Part shown: positions 34,804-36,921 of the stretch, one piece after another
How positions within the stretch are numbered: the first letter of the stretch is position 1
Layout of the letters: each line of letters opens with the position of its first letter
Position numbers and translations under genes: made by a program
The notes under the pieces: model-generated
Databases searched by the model: none
Told to the model about the DNA's origin: nothing
What the model saw: only the letters and a program-made list of their open reading frames with translations
DNA from: Octopus bimaculoides
Taxonomy: Eukaryota
Length of the DNA: 36,921 nucleotides
Assembly (NCBI RefSeq): GCF_001194135.2
Contig: NC_068985.1
Coordinates: 74,418,279 to 74,455,199 of the forward strand
Direction: 5' to 3'

Positions 34804-36539
34804 AGGAAAACCAATACAACGCCTTAGATTTTCATGTGTCCTCAATAAAATGTTTGTCAAGTATGACAGTCGAAGAGTAATGGAATATCTCAGTGACATG
34901 CTTTACATTTTAATCACACGGTTCTGGAGTTAGAGGTATTTAGCTACAATACAAATGTGTAAAAGCTCTATATTCGTATATACATACATACATAAATATA
35001 TACATACCTAAGCACACGTACAAACACACACGCACACGTACACACACGCACGTAAAATCGTTGACTTTTAGTGGGGAACATAACACAAACTCTAAGACAC
35101 AAACACAAGCATACAGAAATATATAGACACATACGTATGTTTGTGCGTGTGTGTGTGATATGTATGCACACACACACACGCACACCCTTTCTCTCTCCCT
35201 CTCTCTCCCTATATATATATATATATATATATATNNNNNNNNNNNNNNNNNNNNNNNNNNNNNNNNNNNNNNNNNNNNNNNNNNNNNNNNNNNNNNNNNN
35301 NNNNNNNNNNNNNNNNNNNNNNNNNNNNNNNNNNNNNNNNNNNNNNNNNNNNNNNNNNNNNNNNNNNNNNNNNNNNNNNNNNNNNNNNNNNNNNNNNNNN
35401 NNNNNNNNNNNNNNNNNNNNNNNNNNNNNNNNNNNNNNNNNNNNNNNNNNNNNNNNNNNNNNNNNNNNNNNNNNNNNNNNNNNNNNNNNNNNNNNNNNNN
35501 NNNNNNNNNNNNNNNNNNNNNNNNNNNNNNNNNNNNNNNNNNNNNNNNNNNNNNNNNNNNNNNNNNNNNNNNNNNNNNNNNNNNNNNNNNNNNNNNNNNN
35601 NNNNNNNNNNNNNNNNNNATGTAAAATAAAAATAAAAAATTTAAATACACATTAAGTACAGGACATCACCAACGAGAGAAGAATACGTAGACACACAACG
35701 GGAGACAATCACGGGAGAAATTACAAAAAGAAGACTAACTCCTCCTCAGTTGTCGACTGTTTTTTACTACGTGTTTCGTGCTTTTAACGACAACAGGAAA
35801 ACTTCATAAGACAGCAGAATCCAGAAATTAAAAAAAAAAAAAACTTGCGAAGAGTTAGGGCTTCGAACAAACAGACGACGTGAGAGTGGATGGACGGAAA
35901 CGATTGCAGAAGATAGACGTTTAGGGCCGTTAGCCCAAGACGAATTTTAATGGGTAACACTTGGAAGAAATTTTGAAAGGATATAGAATAAATAGAAGAT
36001 ATCGTGAGACTATACTATTATGTTAATTAATAATGTGTTAAATGTGTAAATTAGCGTTCTCCTTGATGATTTGTTTCTTTACCTCAAGGACTCCAGTGAC
36101 GTTTATTAAATGTTCGTTATAGAGCTATATGCATGAAAAAGTATAGAACTATATTATCGACCTCAGATTTGAGAACGAAACACTCATAACTTTTTTTTCT
36201 TTTAAGACTTTATTGAATGAGATTGATTTCATGAAATTCCTCGAATTGAGCTCTATCATTTATACTTAATTGAAATATAGTTTGTTTGTTTCTTTTAAAC
36301 AGTTAGTTATACTTAAATCCAATTTTTGTCTCATATTTTTTCATGATATATTACCTCACAACTTTTTTTGATGCTTTTTTTATACTTTTATGTTGCATGG
36401 GAACAACACTATGAAACATGTTTTTTTCTATCATTGAAGCTAAGATAAATATATCTTGCTTTTAAAATAAAAACGTTATTTAGATCTAAACTTGATTGGT
36501 GGCGTTAATTACTCGCCTATAACGTGCTAAAATATAATA

Positions 36540-36670
36540 TATGGATATATATAATATATATATGTATATGTGTTTGTTGTGTGTGAGTGTGTGTGTGTAT
36601 GTGTGAATGTGTGTGTCTATAGGTGTGTGTAGGCGTGTGCGTGTGTGTATATATGTGCGGGTATGTGGGT
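36540..36670. repeat. Degenerate (TA)/(TG)n low-complexity tract
   Basis: Direct inspection. Confidence 0.85.
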
Positions 36671-36921
36671 ATCTCTGGTTATGGACTCTAGTATGTAATG
36701 CTATTTCTAATCATAGTTAGGACTGATTAATTCATCGACGGATGGCACCATGAAAGAAAGTATTGAATGTAGATGAAATATTCAGTGTTCAATATAAAGG
36801 ATCAAATATATAAATATATAAATATAAATATATAAAGGCGACTCGAGTTTCAGGGCTATTTCCCTTCGTCATGGCCGGTATGACAGACTTTAACAGACTA
36901 CCGGCAATGATGAAGCGAAAT

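Noticed and set aside
7553-35655. Long X-containing ORFs spanning N-gaps (7662-7871, 13804-14104, 17968-18251, 22007-22039, 24317-24326, 26965-26974, 28073-28693, 31482-31685, 35235-35618)
   Set aside because: Assembly gaps. Most are bordered by (TA)n, which reflects short-read failure at TA microsatellites, not biology.
35755-35830. Minus-strand CTTATGA...CGAAACACGTA hammerhead-like string
   Set aside because: The core is mutated and stems I and II do not pair convincingly.
1-36921. CRISPR arrays, rRNA genes, operons or other prokaryotic systems
   Set aside because: No repeat-spacer array, rRNA sequence or dense coding organisation; the sequence is eukaryotic repeat-rich DNA.

Overview
AT-rich, microsatellite-dense eukaryotic DNA with nine N-gaps. 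Repeat content and assembly style suggest an Octopus (cephalopod) draft scaffold; this is inferred from recognised SINE families, not from a search. No intact protein-coding gene can be supported, and most of the ORF track is microsatellite or gap artefact. The window is mostly decayed mobile DNA: a DD37D (maT-type) and a DD34D (mariner) Tc1/mariner remnant, a long degenerate CR1-type LINE, a 3' fragment of an R4/Dong-type RLE LINE next to (AAT)n, a Penelope-like RT remnant, a hAT (SPIN/Charlie, GTF2IRD2-like) transposase remnant and many tRNA-derived SINEs. The most striking structure is a 1161-bp non-autonomous element (8900-10060). It has ~280-bp terminal inverted repeats (GGATC...GATCC), a perfect 8-bp target duplication and an internal ~400-bp degenerate telomeric (CCCTAA)n array, and it is inserted into the B-box region of a SINE. 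Also notable are a minimal type-I hammerhead-ribozyme-like motif (24223-24271) and a near-perfect 75-nt hairpin (24405-24479). Family names come from motif recall and need Dfam/Repbase confirmation.
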